From the human T2T-CHM13v2.0 reference genome, Homo sapiens, in NCBI GenBank assembly GCA_009914755.4, contig CP068257.2, forward strand, positions 26,240,001-26,304,000: DNA of 64,000 bases, read 5' to 3'. This document shows, in pieces, positions 11,197 to 30,799 of the stretch (position 1 is the stretch's first letter; each line of letters begins with the position of its first letter). The notes below the pieces were generated by a model, which did not search any database, had not been told where the DNA came from, and saw only the letters and a program-made list of their open reading frames with translations. Both the position numbers and the translations under genes were made by a program.

Positions 11197-13876
11197 GGTG
11201 TTCACCTGGTATTTACCTCTAAATTTCTAAATAACTGTGCAAAGGAGGGTTAACCCAATAGATGAGATTGCTCAAACCTTCCACATTCCCAAGAAAAATC
11301 TATTTTCCGGACTAGTCCCTGGCTGGCTCATGGAAGCTTAAGCACTGGGCTTCTCAGAGTCATGAAAATAAGGTCGCTCCACTTTTTACTCTTTGGTTCT
11401 TGGACTCATACAGTCTATCTTAATGGTTAAATGACCGTCAGGTCAACACACATTCTGCATCTCAAAGGACAACACTACAATCCCACGCATATTATCTCCA
11501 AGTTTATGCTTAGCTTCACTTTTAATTTTCTCAGGCCTCACCTTTTTGGGTGATATGGGGTTTAGTATGCAACCGTCTTGTGTCCATTAACACACCTCTT
11601 TCACCATAAAACAGGTTTCTTTGCCTGTGAGTATATAATACAGGGTCCCATGCCAATATATCTGTGAACAATACTATCCTTAAGTAGTAGTATGGTCCTA
11701 GCCATTGCTGGCAAGAAAAGCAAATTTTAAATGAGCCTTACTCAAAACCAACTGCTCCCCTTTTTGGAATGATCCTAAATGCTCAACTTGCAACCAAGTG
11801 GCTGGTTGGCCTCCCCATAGAACAGTGTCCTGTTGAGGTCATGGTTTCTGATGATGACAGGATGGATATTCTGCAGCCACAATAGAAACCTGGATGAGAG
11901 GGAGCCTATGCTGTTGGCTTGCCAGCAGCCACCTTGGCTACCTCCACTATGAGCGCCTCCACTATAAGGAGCTAAGGAGAGATACTAGCTGGCATTTGCT
12001 GGATAAAAGACATCCCATCCACTTTGTTGTTTAGTGTCTGCTCTTCAGTGGGTGTTCTCTGATGGGCAGTGATGTAAGATAACAATACATCTTCTTTCTA
12101 CCTGATTCCATGTGTTCATCTACACTACTTTTTCCCAAATCGAGGTCAGTGTTAGGGCTCTGAACACAATACCCTAAAGTTTGGTACCTGGTGTGCTGAG
12201 TACTTTGAACTAAAGGAGATTGGAAGGACCTCAGAAGCAAGGTCTTTCTGACTTCTTATCCTCCTGTTTCCTTCTTCTCTTTCTTTGCTGAAGTCAGTCA
12301 TGGAACTCAGAATTCCTATTCTCCAAGGTGGATCATAGAAAGTAAAATTCTTCTTCCCCGAGGCACGTCATGGAAACAAAAATTCTCTTCCAAAGCAAGC
12401 CATAAAACCTAGAAGGCTCATTCTAACTTTTTTCCCTTCTCCCTTGCAGACACTTATTCTAGGAAGGTCCTGCCCACACCTAGGAGGAAGAAACCCTACA
12501 CAAAGAGGCTAATAAATATTTGAATAGAAAGGCATTATTGTGCTTCCCCCTTCAGTCTATTACCAATGGATTATACACTTTTGTCTAGTCAGCTTTCTAC
12601 GTGGATACCCATTCTTCATGAGCCTAAGCATCAAAATAGACAGTTCCCCCTGGGTCATTGGGTCTTCATTTCTGAAGGCTCCTGTGTCATGTAAAAAACT
12701 GATTAAATAAATTGCTATCCTTTTCTCTTGTTAATCTCTGTCTTTTGTTACAGGAGTGTCAGCCATGACCTATGATGTGTGAAGAAAGATATCTCACACC
12801 TTTCTACCCCTTCACCGCTGTCTATTCCACTCTTAACCTGCACTCAACTACTGTGACTCTCCTCTTGGTCTCTTATCCCAGAGTACTGTGACTCTACCTC
12901 TAAGCCTTGCTTCCTGCTCTTGTGCCATTTTTTACATCTTTCTCTAATCTTACGGATTAAATTATATCCATTTGAACGTCTGGGATGAAATCTGTTTTCT
13001 GATGCATCCCTTACAAATATAAGGACATTTCAACAAATATTTAAGGGAGGATATCTCAGAGGAGGCTGTTTTGGACAGAATTAACACCAAGATCTAATAA
13101 TGAAATCATACCTTGCCTGGATCTTTGAAAAACAGTACGACCAGTGTGAATGAATGGAGCAACCAAGAGGTTAGGCAGTAGGAGATGAGGCCAGAGAAGA
13201 AAGAGGGTGTGGTAGCCCCCTAATCCTGGCACTTACTTCCACTGGATCTAAAATCCAGCACGGAATTATGCTGACCACATCAGCCTAACTAATATTGATC
13301 TAAGTAACATTTATGTTCTAGCACCTAAATCAGGAGTCTGCAAAGGATAGCCCACTGCCAAAATCTGGCCCACTCTCCAGTTTTTGTAACTAAAATGTTA
13401 TCAGAACTCAGCCAAGTCCATTCATTTACAAACTGTCTACGGTGGCAGAGACAATACGGCTCACAAAGTCTAAAATATTTACTCTCTGGCTCTTTATAGA
13501 AAAAATTTGCTGACCCCTTGTCTAAATTATAGCAAGTATGAAATCCTCTATCATCAGCAATGGCATAGAAGGCAGCATAGGAATTTTTAAATTTGCCCTT
13601 GAATTATATTGTAAGCCTTATGTATGAGGTCCTATTTTTGCAAAGTGCTGAGCACCCCGTCCTATAATGAGGAGTGCCCACTTTCCTTTCTCAATTGGTC
13701 TGTCTTATAACATTTACGAAGAGACTCACAGTCTCTCTGTGGCCTTGTATTCTTGGCTAATATCCCTTTTTTTTCTTCCTGGAGTACTCTCTACTCTGTC
13801 TTAGAGTTTCCAACTGTTTATCTGAAGTAGTGGTGTCAGCCTCTGCAATGCTTTCTGTTCTACAGGGTGTAGGGTC

Positions 13877-14179
13877 TTTTTTTTTTTTTTTTTTTTTTTT
13901 TTGAGACAGGGTTTCACTTCCTTGCCCATGCTGGATCACAGTGGCATGATAATGGCTCACTGCAGCCTTGACCTCCTAGTCCCAAACTAATCATCCCAAC
14001 AGCCTCCCAAGTAGCTGGGACTACAGGTACACACCATCGTGCCTGGCTAACTTTTGAACTGTTTTGTAGAGGTTTCCCCATTTTGCCTAGGCTGGTCATG
14101 AACTCCCGGCCTCAAGCCATCCAACCCACCTCAGCCTTCCAAAGCACTGAGATTACAGGCATAAGCCACAGTGCCCAGC
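13877..14179 (-). mobile_element. Alu SINE (antisense, older and diverged), with about 12-bp TSD
   Basis: T25 head then 'gagacagggtttcacttccttgcccatgctggatcacagtggcatgataatggctcactgcagcc...ctgagattacaggcataagccacagtgcccagc'. Direct repeat 'gtgtagggtctt' flanks both ends (13865-13876 and 14183-14194). Confidence 0.9.
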
Positions 14180-14775
14180 TGAGTGTAGGGTCTTGATCCT
14201 CTGGTCTGTCCCACCTTGTCTTCTTTTGCTACAAGTAATTAGACAAAGTTCTAAGGTACAACAGGGATGCTGAGTCTAGTTTGTTTAAAGATACTATTCA
14301 GTTCCTATGAAAAGATCCATGAGTGTGTAGCTTGGTTTTTAGTACAGCCTTGACAAGTTAATCCAGTAGAGAAACCTGCATGCAAATGTGATTTCTGATT
14401 ATAGCCTTGGCTACTTACGCAGTTTTTGGTGTTACTGAATTTTTTTAAACAACTTTCCAATTTCACAGGCTTACCCAAGGGTATGATCAGTGAAAACCAC
14501 AGCTTCTTTGTTAGTTGTAAAGGACTCGGAAGTCAGTGATGGCTGTTGTTGACTCACTCATAAACAGCACATTAAGGAAAAGGAAGTTGAACAGTCGTCT
14601 ACAGTTGTAAAAGGAGCACAAATAGTCTCTGTTTAATTTTTTTTTCTTTTTATATGTGGCCCGTCTAACAATTCTATCATGATCATCGTCAATCATTATC
14701 ATCCTCCTCAACAAAGCTCTAATTTTATTTAGTTTCAGAAAAATTTAAGCTGATGGCAGTTCAATCCCTTTGAAC

Positions 14776-14903
14776 CTGTGATTGAGATCATATTGTTCTT
14801 TAATTGTGAAGCCTCATTTAGATTAATATTAATAAAATATTTATATAAATTTTGATGATTTTATAAATGTAGTCTTGACAGAATGATATGATCTCAATCA
14901 CAG
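14776..14903. repeat. Pair of 18-bp perfect inverted repeats (24 bp with 2 mismatches) around a 92-bp AT-rich spacer
   Basis: 'ctgtgattgagatcatat' at 14776-14793 and its reverse complement 'atatgatctcaatcacag' at 14886-14903. No matching TSD is visible. Confidence 0.5.
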
Positions 14904-17074
14904 AATAGTATTTGTGAGAAACCAATGCTACCTCATTCAGTAACTTTACCTTATATAGTTATTGGCTGTTTAGTTTTTCTTCTTCGTGGTCAAACAAAAC
15001 ATAGTAATCAGATTTACAAACCTAGTAATCAGATTATGAGATTATTCAACTCAAATATATACAATATAATTGTACTACATGAGCTGTTTGTACAAACATT
15101 TTCACTAACATCACCAGAATTGAGAAATATGTAAAGTAATGTATATTTTTTATTAGATAGTTTAATTCCAGCCAAGTATCAAGCCGTTTCCATAATCTGA
15201 CATACTAGCTAAGGGAAAATAATGAGGCCACTCAGAAGTTTCTTTTTCTAGTTGTCTCAGTAGCTTGGATGTGATAAGCATGAAAAAACATGAATTGCTA
15301 AACCAAATTAAAAAAAAATTTCTGAAACTATATAACACTTCTGAGAGGGCTGCAGATTTGTTAGCAGGTTGTTTTTCAGTCTGAAAAAAATGATTAAATA
15401 TTTCTACTGGGAATGGAACATTTCAGTCATAACAAAATATAAACTCTAAGGAAGCTAATACTAATATTGTTTGTTAAAATCCTTTTGTATTCTTTGCTTT
15501 TCATGGAGGGAGAGAGTTAAGTTACAAGGGAATGGTGAACCACAACAAATGAAAAGTCGTTTTGTGAGTAGTGTACCTTTGCATTGCTGTATTTCGAAAG
15601 GTTTGCAAAAAAAAAAATGAAAAAGAATGTCAATTATTTTTCTCTAAAATTGTGCCTAATTATGTTATATGATATTAAGTTAACTAATGTTTAAAGAGAA
15701 TACATAGTATGCAAAATACTTCACACTTCACACATATCATTTTTAATTGAATTGTTAAAAAAAAATAAGCACAATTGCCCCTGTTTCACCAATGATTAAA
15801 TTAAGATGGCCATAATCTATGGAAGCTGCCCAAAGAAAAACAGTGATGGAGTCAGATATAAATGAGTCAGACTCCAAATCCCAATCCCTTTTTCATAAAG
15901 TGTTTAGTAAATATTTTGATCTAAAATGTAAGAGTGTGGCTATAAAAATGCCAACTATATAATAGTTTGATTCTTGTTTCTATTTATTTGAAACCTAATT
16001 AGTGTATTTCCACAGTATATAACATAATGCTAAAAGAGAAATTTGGTATTTTCAGTTTCCTTTAAATTTTCTGACCTGATTTTATTTTATAAACAATTTG
16101 CATTTACCAGAATGTTAGAAACTCGGTAATTATGTTTTGGTTCAGTGTTTTTTACCTGCCATCTACTTTACATAAAAAACATTTCTGTAAAAGGAAGCAG
16201 ATTTTAATGAGCAAGCTACACAGAAATTTTCATCTCACACTTAACAATGGATATTATTGTTCTTATAATTTGCACTTCTCAGTCATAAGACATCCCTCTG
16301 TGGTTGTCATAATTGGTCTAATGAATTTCTTAAAATAAATGAAAGTCTAATTTGATCCGGTGCCCATGAACAATCCACTCATTCAAATCTAAATCACTGA
16401 CCTGATTTGAAGACGAATCATGCCAAAATGAAGTCATGCTTTCCTATTAAGTGTGTTGCCTCAGTGCAAGCTTTTGAATGGCTTGTTCTTAAGGTTTGAA
16501 GTGGGGATTTCCAGTGACAAAGAAACACAATTTGATCTCATAACCCTAGACACCCAGACTTATTTTAAATGACAGAGACTTAAGATTGAGAGAAAATCTG
16601 AGTCATCGTCCAGTTCAGTACTTTTCACTTAGTGGGAAATGTTCTGGTCACCTTGGGTTTGAACAGTTTAGCAACATTGCAGGATCTTCTACAGATGCAT
16701 ACATAAGCATTTGAACAAATTCTCTAGGTAGGCAAAGATCATTGCAGCTGAATGTCTAATGATCTTTATCGCAGACTTATCTATCCAATGTTCCAGGGTA
16801 AATGTTCTATTATTAACATTCCTGAGGAAATACATTCATGGATATATATGTTTAGCTATATTATTTAACTACTATTTCAAATCTATATCAAGACTGGTCT
16901 TAACATTTCTAAAATAAGTAACTATATCAACATCATAAAAAATGCTGCCACATTTTTTTCGAGAAAGAAATACTCTCTAGACATAGTGTTAAACCTTTCT
17001 GCATTAGAACTAAAAACCGTGAAAAGAAGAACAGTTTTTATTGTGTTAAGACACTGATTGCTGGTTAGGAAAGA

Positions 17075-17121
17075 GTGTGTGTGTGTGTGTGTGTGTGTGT
17101 CAGAGAGACAGAGAGAGAGAA
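17075..17121. repeat. Compound microsatellite (GT)13(GA)n
   Basis: 'gtgtgtgtgtgtgtgtgtgtgtgtgtcagagagacagagagagaga'. Confidence 0.95.
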
Positions 17122-17599
17122 AAGCAGGGGAAGCTTGTAATGCATAATCAAATAGTAAGGTTATGAGAGATTTATCCCAGATTATCTATAATTTTCATTG
17201 GTCCATGAATGGTGGAGGAAAGGTAAAAATATCTTTAATTCCAGATTTCATCTTTGGCCACCAACAAAGGGGCATCACTTATCCTATTGGTTTTAAATAC
17301 CAATGAACTAGTGTAAAAGATGAGGATTCATAAATTATTTCACTCAGAACAAAGCTTTCAAATGTCTGAAACTAGCCAGAATCTTGTCAACAATTTCCAA
17401 AATCAGATTCTGAAATTTGATGTTGTTTGCAAAACTCCTTCACCAAGATTCCCAAGAAAGGAAAATGATAGGAGTGAAGTTTGGGAGAGAGGACATAATA
17501 AAAACATAAAATTGAAGAATTTGTTCTTGATCATTGTGGAAATAGGAGAATACCATATTTTATATTTATTAATTAACTTGTCTCTAATGACAGAAAGAA

Positions 17600-19894
<2,295 letters not shown>

Positions 19895-19900
<6 letters not shown>

Positions 19901-20060
19901 ATTGAAAGAACACACACTACCCAATTACTACAAAGCCAGGTAATCAAATCAGTATGATCCTGGCACATGGATAAACATACAGGCCAATGGAATAAAATTG
20001 AGAGTTCAGAAATAAACCTATACATCTATGGAAAATCGATTTTTAACAAGAGCACTCACC
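19895..20060 (+). mobile_element. Second-copy L1 ORF2 fragment, paralogous to 18338-18510
   Basis: 'cactacccaattactacaaagccaggtaatcaaatcagtatgatcctggcacatggataaacatacaggccaatggaataaaattgagagttcagaaataaacctatacatctatgg' is about 80% identical by eye to 18350-18480. Confidence 0.6.
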
Positions 20061-20329
20061 TTGCTTAATGAGTTTCTATCTGAGTTGAGAATTTCTCCCT
20101 GGGATGATAAAAAGTTTTGCAAATAATGATGATGGTTGCATAGCATTGCAAATGTAATCGACACCACTAAATGATATATGTAAAATAATTAAGATATCAA
20201 ATTTTATTTTATGTGCATTATACCCCAAGGAAAAAAAATAAAAAGGAAATAAAACAGAATGTATGGAATATTGATTTTAATTGATCAATATGCCATTCCA
20301 ACTAGTTTTGATTTTATCCCGTTGAATTT

Positions 20330-24339
<4,010 letters not shown>

Positions 24340-24340
<1 letters not shown>

Positions 24341-25724
24341 ACATTAAAAAACATAAAGCAAAAATACACAGAAATGATAGAGAAATAAACAATTTGACAA
24401 CAATAGTTGGAGGTTTCAGTACCTCACTCTCAACTGTAGATGGAACAACTAAGCAGAAGATTACAAGGATCAATCTTAAAAACAAACTAGAACTAAAAGT
24501 CACCCATGGAACAACCATACCTGGAACATTCTTTGACTATCCATTGGCTTACAAAACAAGGCACAATAAATGTAAATGACTGAGATCATACAATGTATGT
24601 TCTTTGGCCCAAATGGGATGAAATTTGAAATCAATTACAGAAGAAAATTTGGAAAAATCCCAAATATGTGAAAATTAATAAACTCCCTAAATAACAAATG
24701 AATCAAAGAATAAGTTAAAGAAAAATGAGAAAATATTGTGAGATTAAAAAAATAGAAACAAAGCATACCAAAACTTACAGGATAAAGATAAAATAGTACT
24801 TAGAGGAAAAAGTATAGCTGCCAATGTCCATATTTTTAAAAATCCAAATCAATAATATGACTATCTTAAGAAACTAGAAAAAGAAGAGCAAATTCTAGTC
24901 AAAAAAGCAGAAGGAAGGAGATAATAAAAATGAGAGTGGAAATAAATAAAATAAAGATTAGAAAAGTTATAGAGAAAACCAGTGAAATAAAAGATGTGTA
25001 ATTCTTTAAGAAGGTCAACAAATAATGACAAAACTTTAGATAGATGAAATAGGAAAACAAAGAACAAAGACTCAAATTACTAAAATCAGAACGAAGAGGA
25101 ATAGCAGCACTAACGAATTTTCAGATACCTAAAAATAGTATATGTCCACAAATTATATAACCTAGATGAAATTAACTCCTCAAAGACATAATCTAATTTA
25201 AATGACTCAAGAATAAATACAAAATGTAAATAAACCAATAACAATTAAAGAAATTGTATTTGTAATAAAATCGTTTTCACAAAGGGTAGTCCAAACCCAG
25301 ATAGCTTCATTGGTGAGTTCTACCAAATGTTTATGAAACGGTAATATCAATCCTTCACAAACTATTCAAAAATAAAATTAAATTAAAAGGTAGAGCAAGC
25401 ACTTCCTAACTTATTCTGTGAGGCCAAAATTACCTTAATGCCAAAACCAAACAAAGCCATCATGGGAAAATAAACTACACACTAAAATACCTTATGAATA
25501 TAAATGCAAGATTTCTAAACAAAATATTAGCAAACTACATCCAGCAATATATGGAAAAGAACTGATTATTTTCCATGACCAAGGATTTGTCCTGGGAATA
25601 CAAGCTTGTTTTAACATTCAAAAACAAGTCAGGGTAAAATACCATCTCGATACAATAAAGGACAAAAAAATACATGATAGATACAGAAAAAGCATTTGAC
25701 AAAATCACACACTATTTAAAACAA

Positions 25725-25755
<31 letters not shown>

Positions 25756-26570
25756 GACCCAGGAAGCTAGTTATAGAAGGAAACTAGCTCAACCAAATAA
25801 AGGTTATTTACAAAAGCCCCAAGCCAACATTATACTTAATAGTGAAGACTGAATGATTTACCCCTAAGTTCAGGACAGATGGATATTCTCACAGTGACTG
25901 CGCAACATTGTACTAAAGGATCTGGCCCGGACAATTTGGCAAGAAAAAGAAATAAAAGTCATCCAGATTGGAAAAGAAAAAGTACAACTATCTCTATTAG
26001 CAGATGACATAATCTTGGACATGGAAAATTCTAATGAATCTGCATAAAAACCTCTTAAATCTAAGAAATGAATTCAGTAAGACTGCCAGATACAAGATGA
26101 CTACCCCAAAAGCAGCTGTATTTCTATACATTTTCAATGAAAAATTCAAAAATTAAGAAAACAACTCCATTTAAAATAACATCTAAAATTTAAAATCACT
26201 TAGGAATAAATTTAACAAAAGAATCAAAGTCATGTACACTGAAAACTAAAAACTGTTGTTGAAAGAAACTAAATAAAAGGTAAGCCACCTGATGGTTACG
26301 TATAAGAAAATTAATATTATTAAAATGGTAAAATTTTCAAAATAATCTACAGATTCAGTACATTCTCTACCAAAATCCAAGTTTCCTTTTTCAAAATTGA
26401 CAAGGTGATATTTAAATTCATAAGGAATGTAAGGGACCAAGAATGGCCAAAATCATCTTGAAAAAGATTGAAGTTGGAAGACCCTGACTTCCTGATTTAA
26501 AATTTACTGTAAAACTACATTAATCAAGGCATTGAAGGATTGGCACAAAGATAAATATATATATATATAT
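24340..26570 (+). mobile_element. Ancient L1 (L1M-like) ORF2 EN/RT region, heavily degenerate
   Basis: ORF2-like strings 'ccaaacccagatagcttcattggtgagttctaccaaatgtttatgaaacggtaatatcaatccttcac', 'gatacagaaaaagcatttgacaaaatcacacac', 'ctattagcagatgacataatcttgg', 'aaaatcacttaggaataaatttaacaaaagaatcaaagtcatgtacactgaaaactaaaaac'. Internal A33 run at 25725-25757. Ends at an (AT)n run. Confidence 0.7.
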
Positions 26571-27112
26571 AAAAGGTTGCTCAGACAATGCACTGGAGAA
26601 AGAAGTCTTTTCAACAGAAGACCCTTCTAAAATTTGGGGATAATGTGGTCCTTCTTAGAGGCACTTGATACCTCAACCATATCCCATGACGGTGAACAAA
26701 GTTTCCCTGGCCTTGTGAAGGGTGGACAGAAACAAGCCATGAAGCAGGCCTAGAATGGTATCCAAGAATCCTTCGGCATGCAGTCTTCCTTTCTTTGTCA
26801 CTTATATCCAGGTTAGAGATATTTTTCTTGTGTTTATGTAAAGTATGAGAACATGTATCACACTATCTAGATTCCTACCTATATACTCTATTTATATTGA
26901 TGTATTTCTGAATTTACCACCCTCCTATGGGAATGTAATCTCTCGAAGGAAGGGACCAAGGGCATCTTGCTCAACATTTGTACTATTCACCTAATATGCT
27001 TAGCATGTCACAGTTGACAGCAAAGTATTTGCTTATTGACCAATCAATTAATTTTAAAAATCCATACATCAACTCATATTTCTCTAAAAATGAATTATTG
27101 ATCAGCCATTAT

Positions 27113-27174
27113 AAGAAAGAAAAGAAAGAGAAAGCAAGCAAGCAAGGAAGGAAGGAAGGAAGGAAGGAAAGAAG

Positions 27175-27225
<51 letters not shown>

Positions 27226-27348
27226 AGAAAGAAAGAAAAAGAAAGAAAGAAAGAAGAAAGAAAGAAAAAGAAAGAAGAAAGAGAGAGAAAGAAAGAGAGA
27301 GAGAGAAAGAAAGAGAGGGAGGGAGGGAGGGAAGGAAAGAAGAAAGAG
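27113..27348. repeat. Long (GAAA)n/(GGAA)n/(GA)n purine microsatellite, about 235 bp
   Basis: 'aagaaagaaaagaaagagaaagcaagcaagcaaggaaggaaggaaggaaggaaggaaagaagagaaagaaagaaagaaagaaag...gagagagagagaaagaaagagagggagggagggagggaaggaaag', a continuous purine strand. Confidence 0.95.
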
Positions 27349-27419
27349 TGAGTCAGACAAGGAGAGGTGAGCTAGCTTTGTAAATATCCATAATCCATTT
27401 TTAACTATAACTAAGAAAT

Positions 27420-28210
27420 CACGTTGCCCAAGGCCTTGGGAGTCCACTCCTTGTACCAGCAAGCCTTGGATGTCAGACATGAAATCAAAAGAGATTATTT
27501 TGGAGCTTTAAGTTTTAATGACTGCCTTGCTGGGATTCCAACTTGCTTGGGGCCTGTATCTTCTTTCTTTTGGTCAATTTCTCCCTTTTTGAACAGGAAT
27601 GCTTACCCAATTCCTATACCTCCATTGCATCTTGGAAGTAAATAACCTGTTTTTTATTTTACAGGATCATAGATGGAAGGGACTTGCCTTGTCTCAGACA
27701 GGACTTGGGACTTTTGAGTCAATGCTGGAATCAGTTAAGAATTTAGGGGACTGTTGGGAAGGCATGATACCATTTTGAAATGTCAAAAGGGCATGAGATT
27801 TGCGAAGGGCCAGAGCAGAATGATATACTTTTCAGAATGATATCCCCCAAATATCATGTTGAATTGTAATCCCCAATGCTGGGGTGAGGTCTTGTGGGAG
27901 GTGTTTGGATCATGGAGGCAGATCTCTCATGACTTGGTACTTACTTCATGATAGTGAGTTCTCATGGGATCTAGTCCTTTAAAAGTGTGTGGCACCTCCT
28001 CTGCTCACTCTCTTTCTTGCTCCTGCTTTTACTATGTGACATGCCAGCTCTCCCTTTACCTTCTGCCATGATTGGAAGCTTCCTGAGGCCTTCCCAGAAG
28101 CAGATGCCAATATGCTGCCTGTACAACCTGCAGAACTGTGAGTCAATACAACCTCCTTTTTTATAAACTACCCATTCTCAGATGTTTCTTTACAGCATGC
28201 AAGAATGGCC
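27420..28210 (+). mobile_element. 5'-truncated MaLR element: THE1/MST-class internal 3' end (27420-27838) plus LTR (27839-28210)
   Basis: The internal part is homologous to 38600-38995 of the THE1 element in this window. The LTR part carries '...ccccaatgctggggtgaggtcttgtgggaggtgtttggatcatggaggcagatctc...ctgccatgattggaagcttcctgaggccttcccagaagcagatgc...tttataaactacccattctcagatgtttctttacagcatgcaagaatggcctaatacac'. Confidence 0.7.
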
Positions 28211-29019
28211 TAATACACAGTTTAATGAGGATGCTGTATTTTGCAAATATATTTGTCTCCCCACAAATCACCTGATGTGTTTTGATCAGATAGCTCTTCT
28301 AATTAATATTAGAGGATATAATTTATAGAAATTAATATATTTTTGTAATTTTTGTTCTGTAAAACTATTAATATGTAGTTTGCTATAATTATACAATATA
28401 AGCTAAGTTTTTGAAAATTTATTCACAATTTTGACAGTGAAATAAACACAAGTATGTTGGTAGCAACATTATTAAAATTTAATCTATTTTTTAAAAATGG
28501 TAATATGTGCATTGAGAAGAAAAGTAAAAGACCATAAGAGAACACAAAGTAAAAATCAAAATTCTTTTACCTTTCTCCTCCAGCCAACCAAGGAATCAAC
28601 CGATAGAAACAACTCTGTGTTTGTAGGTTTGAATATGTGTTATATGCACTTATAAATTCTTCCAGAGAAACTCTATACACGTAACAGAAGCTTTTTACAC
28701 AAATGTTTGCACTTAGCACACATTGTTCTGAAATTTGCTCCCCCTCACCTCCCCACACCCCAATGAGTTGAATGCTATATATTAGAAAACCTTATGTTTT
28801 TATATAACACTATAGTATAATGCTATTTCATTATTATTTGAAATTATACATAAATTATAATTTTCATTGAATGGATATTATAGAGCTAATTAACACAAAT
28901 TACTTTTAATTTTCTTATTTAGTGTTGTCATTTATAGCAAAATTCTGGTAATACTATTTTAATAGTCTTCTGAAAATCTACTACCCAAACAGGTATTAAC
29001 GTAATGTCTTGCTATTGCG

Positions 29020-29100
29020 TTGAAAATGTCTCTAAATAACTTGCATTGTTATTGTCTCTAAATAATTGCAGTTACTGTCTCTAAATAACTTGAAATTCGG
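29020..29100. repeat. Three-copy ~24-bp minisatellite
   Basis: 'tgtctctaaataacttgcattgttat / tgtctctaaataattgcagttac / tgtctctaaataacttgaaattcgg'. Confidence 0.5.
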
Positions 29101-30336
29101 TATATTGTGCTTTCCTTATTTTGAAATGTTTAAAAATAAATTGGTCTTTATTTACTTGCATAAATATATTAGATTTTTCTAAGTACTATTTTTATATTTT
29201 ACCTACTTTCACTGAAATATGTAAACACTCTCAAAGAAGTGTCTGGGAATTTTTATTTGCTGATTTATTTATTATATTTATTTTCTCCTACTTTCTTCTC
29301 TTCTTGATTTTGAAATCCTAAAATCCCTTAATTAAACTCATTTATTTCCTTTAATTATATCTTCCTGTCTCATGAAAACATATTCCTTAATTTTGCCTTA
29401 AAAAGTTATGCACAAAATGAGTTTCCTTGAAAATCAAAAAGCCTCAAACAGTAAAACAAATACAAATAAGCATACTGTTCACCATTTAGAGTTCTGATGG
29501 AAGGGAAAAGGTCAGAGGAAATGGAAAACATGAAACTAGCACGTTTCCTGGCTAAAATGTGTATAAGGATTGTGTCAGGTCTCCTATTCCATTTATAAGT
29601 GGAAAGTATGTTTTAGTTCCACACAATACTGAGTAGAAGCTTCAAAGTACAGATATGCTCAGGAACAAATGCATGCTTGTTACTTTTAAATCACTTGTAT
29701 ATATTCTAATGTTCTTTGTCCTCTTGGAGTCTCCAACTCAGATTAATATTTTATTACAGCAGTTACTGTTTTTAAAATGGACAGCCTGACTTAATCTCAA
29801 TTTGTTAACAGTGATTTAAATGAAATATCTTTGAATAATTAATATTAAGTATTCACGATATGTAAAAGACTAGTTAGCTAGGTTAACTTTGCTTAATAAA
29901 AATGAAGTGACTGAAGTCAATGTACATGATGAGCTATATTTCTTGAATGCCTTTATACTTGTATTTGTTGATTTGTTGGAAAGAAACCTGAACATTTATT
30001 AAGGTTTCATTATATGGCTAAAGAATTGTATGCTTTTCAACCACAGTGCACTCTGTTTTTTGTTATTAAAGAAGAAAGCTCAACTTAACTAAAAATGGAG
30101 ATTTGCTTGTTAGATGATTGTTTTTAAGAATAATTGTGTTTTGTTTCTACATGCAGAAGCTAATTTTAAATACTTATTGAATTAAAAAGAAAAAAGTATG
30201 CAAAATTATAAAAATTTTGGCCAGTATTTTTACTGCTTAAATAGTGTAAATCATTTTTAAAAGTCATTAATTTGTCTATCAGGAATAATCAATGGATGTT
30301 ACACAGCATCTTTCTGTCTCTGTTAAGAAAGGTTTT

Positions 30337-30618
30337 AGCCAGGCGCGGTGGCTCACGCCTGTAATCCCAGCACTTTGGGAGGCCTAGGTGGGTGGATCAT
30401 GAGGTCAGGAGATCGAAACCATCCTGGCTAACACAGTGAAACCCCGTCTCTACTAAAAATACAAAAAAGTTAGCCGGGTGTGGTGGCGGGCGCCTGTAGG
30501 CAGGAGAATGGCATGAACCCGGGAGGCGGAGCTTGCAGTGAGCTGAGATCGCGCCACTGCACTCCAGTCTGGGCGACAGAGCGAGACTCCGTCTCAAAAA
30601 TAAAAAAAAAAGAAGAAA
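30337..30618 (+). mobile_element. Alu SINE (AluY-like) with an internal deletion of about 23 bp; 11-12-bp TSD
   Basis: 'agccaggcgcggtggctcacgcctgtaatcccagcactttgggaggcctaggtgggtggatcatgaggtcaggagatcgaaaccatcctggctaaca...'. After 'gcgcctgtag' it lacks 'tcccagctactcgggaggctgag'. Direct repeat 'aagaaag(g)tttt' flanks both ends. Confidence 0.9.
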
Positions 30619-30799
30619 GTTTTTTGACACAAACAAAGCACTTGATAAAATATTTGAAATTAAGATATTTCAATTAAAATCAAATAATAAAATGTGAATC
30701 TGCCAAAGAAAATATTTTGTTTATATTGTGTTAAGACATACTGTCAACTTTTCAAATGCATAGTATAGTATTGTTAACTATAGGCACGATGTTATGCAG

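Noticed and set aside
26978-27480. ORFs of 130 aa (+) and 123 aa (-) with KKERKKERKKE / SFFLSFFLS repeats.
   Set aside because: They are a direct translation of the (GAAA)n/(GGAA)n microsatellite on either strand and are low-complexity artefacts.
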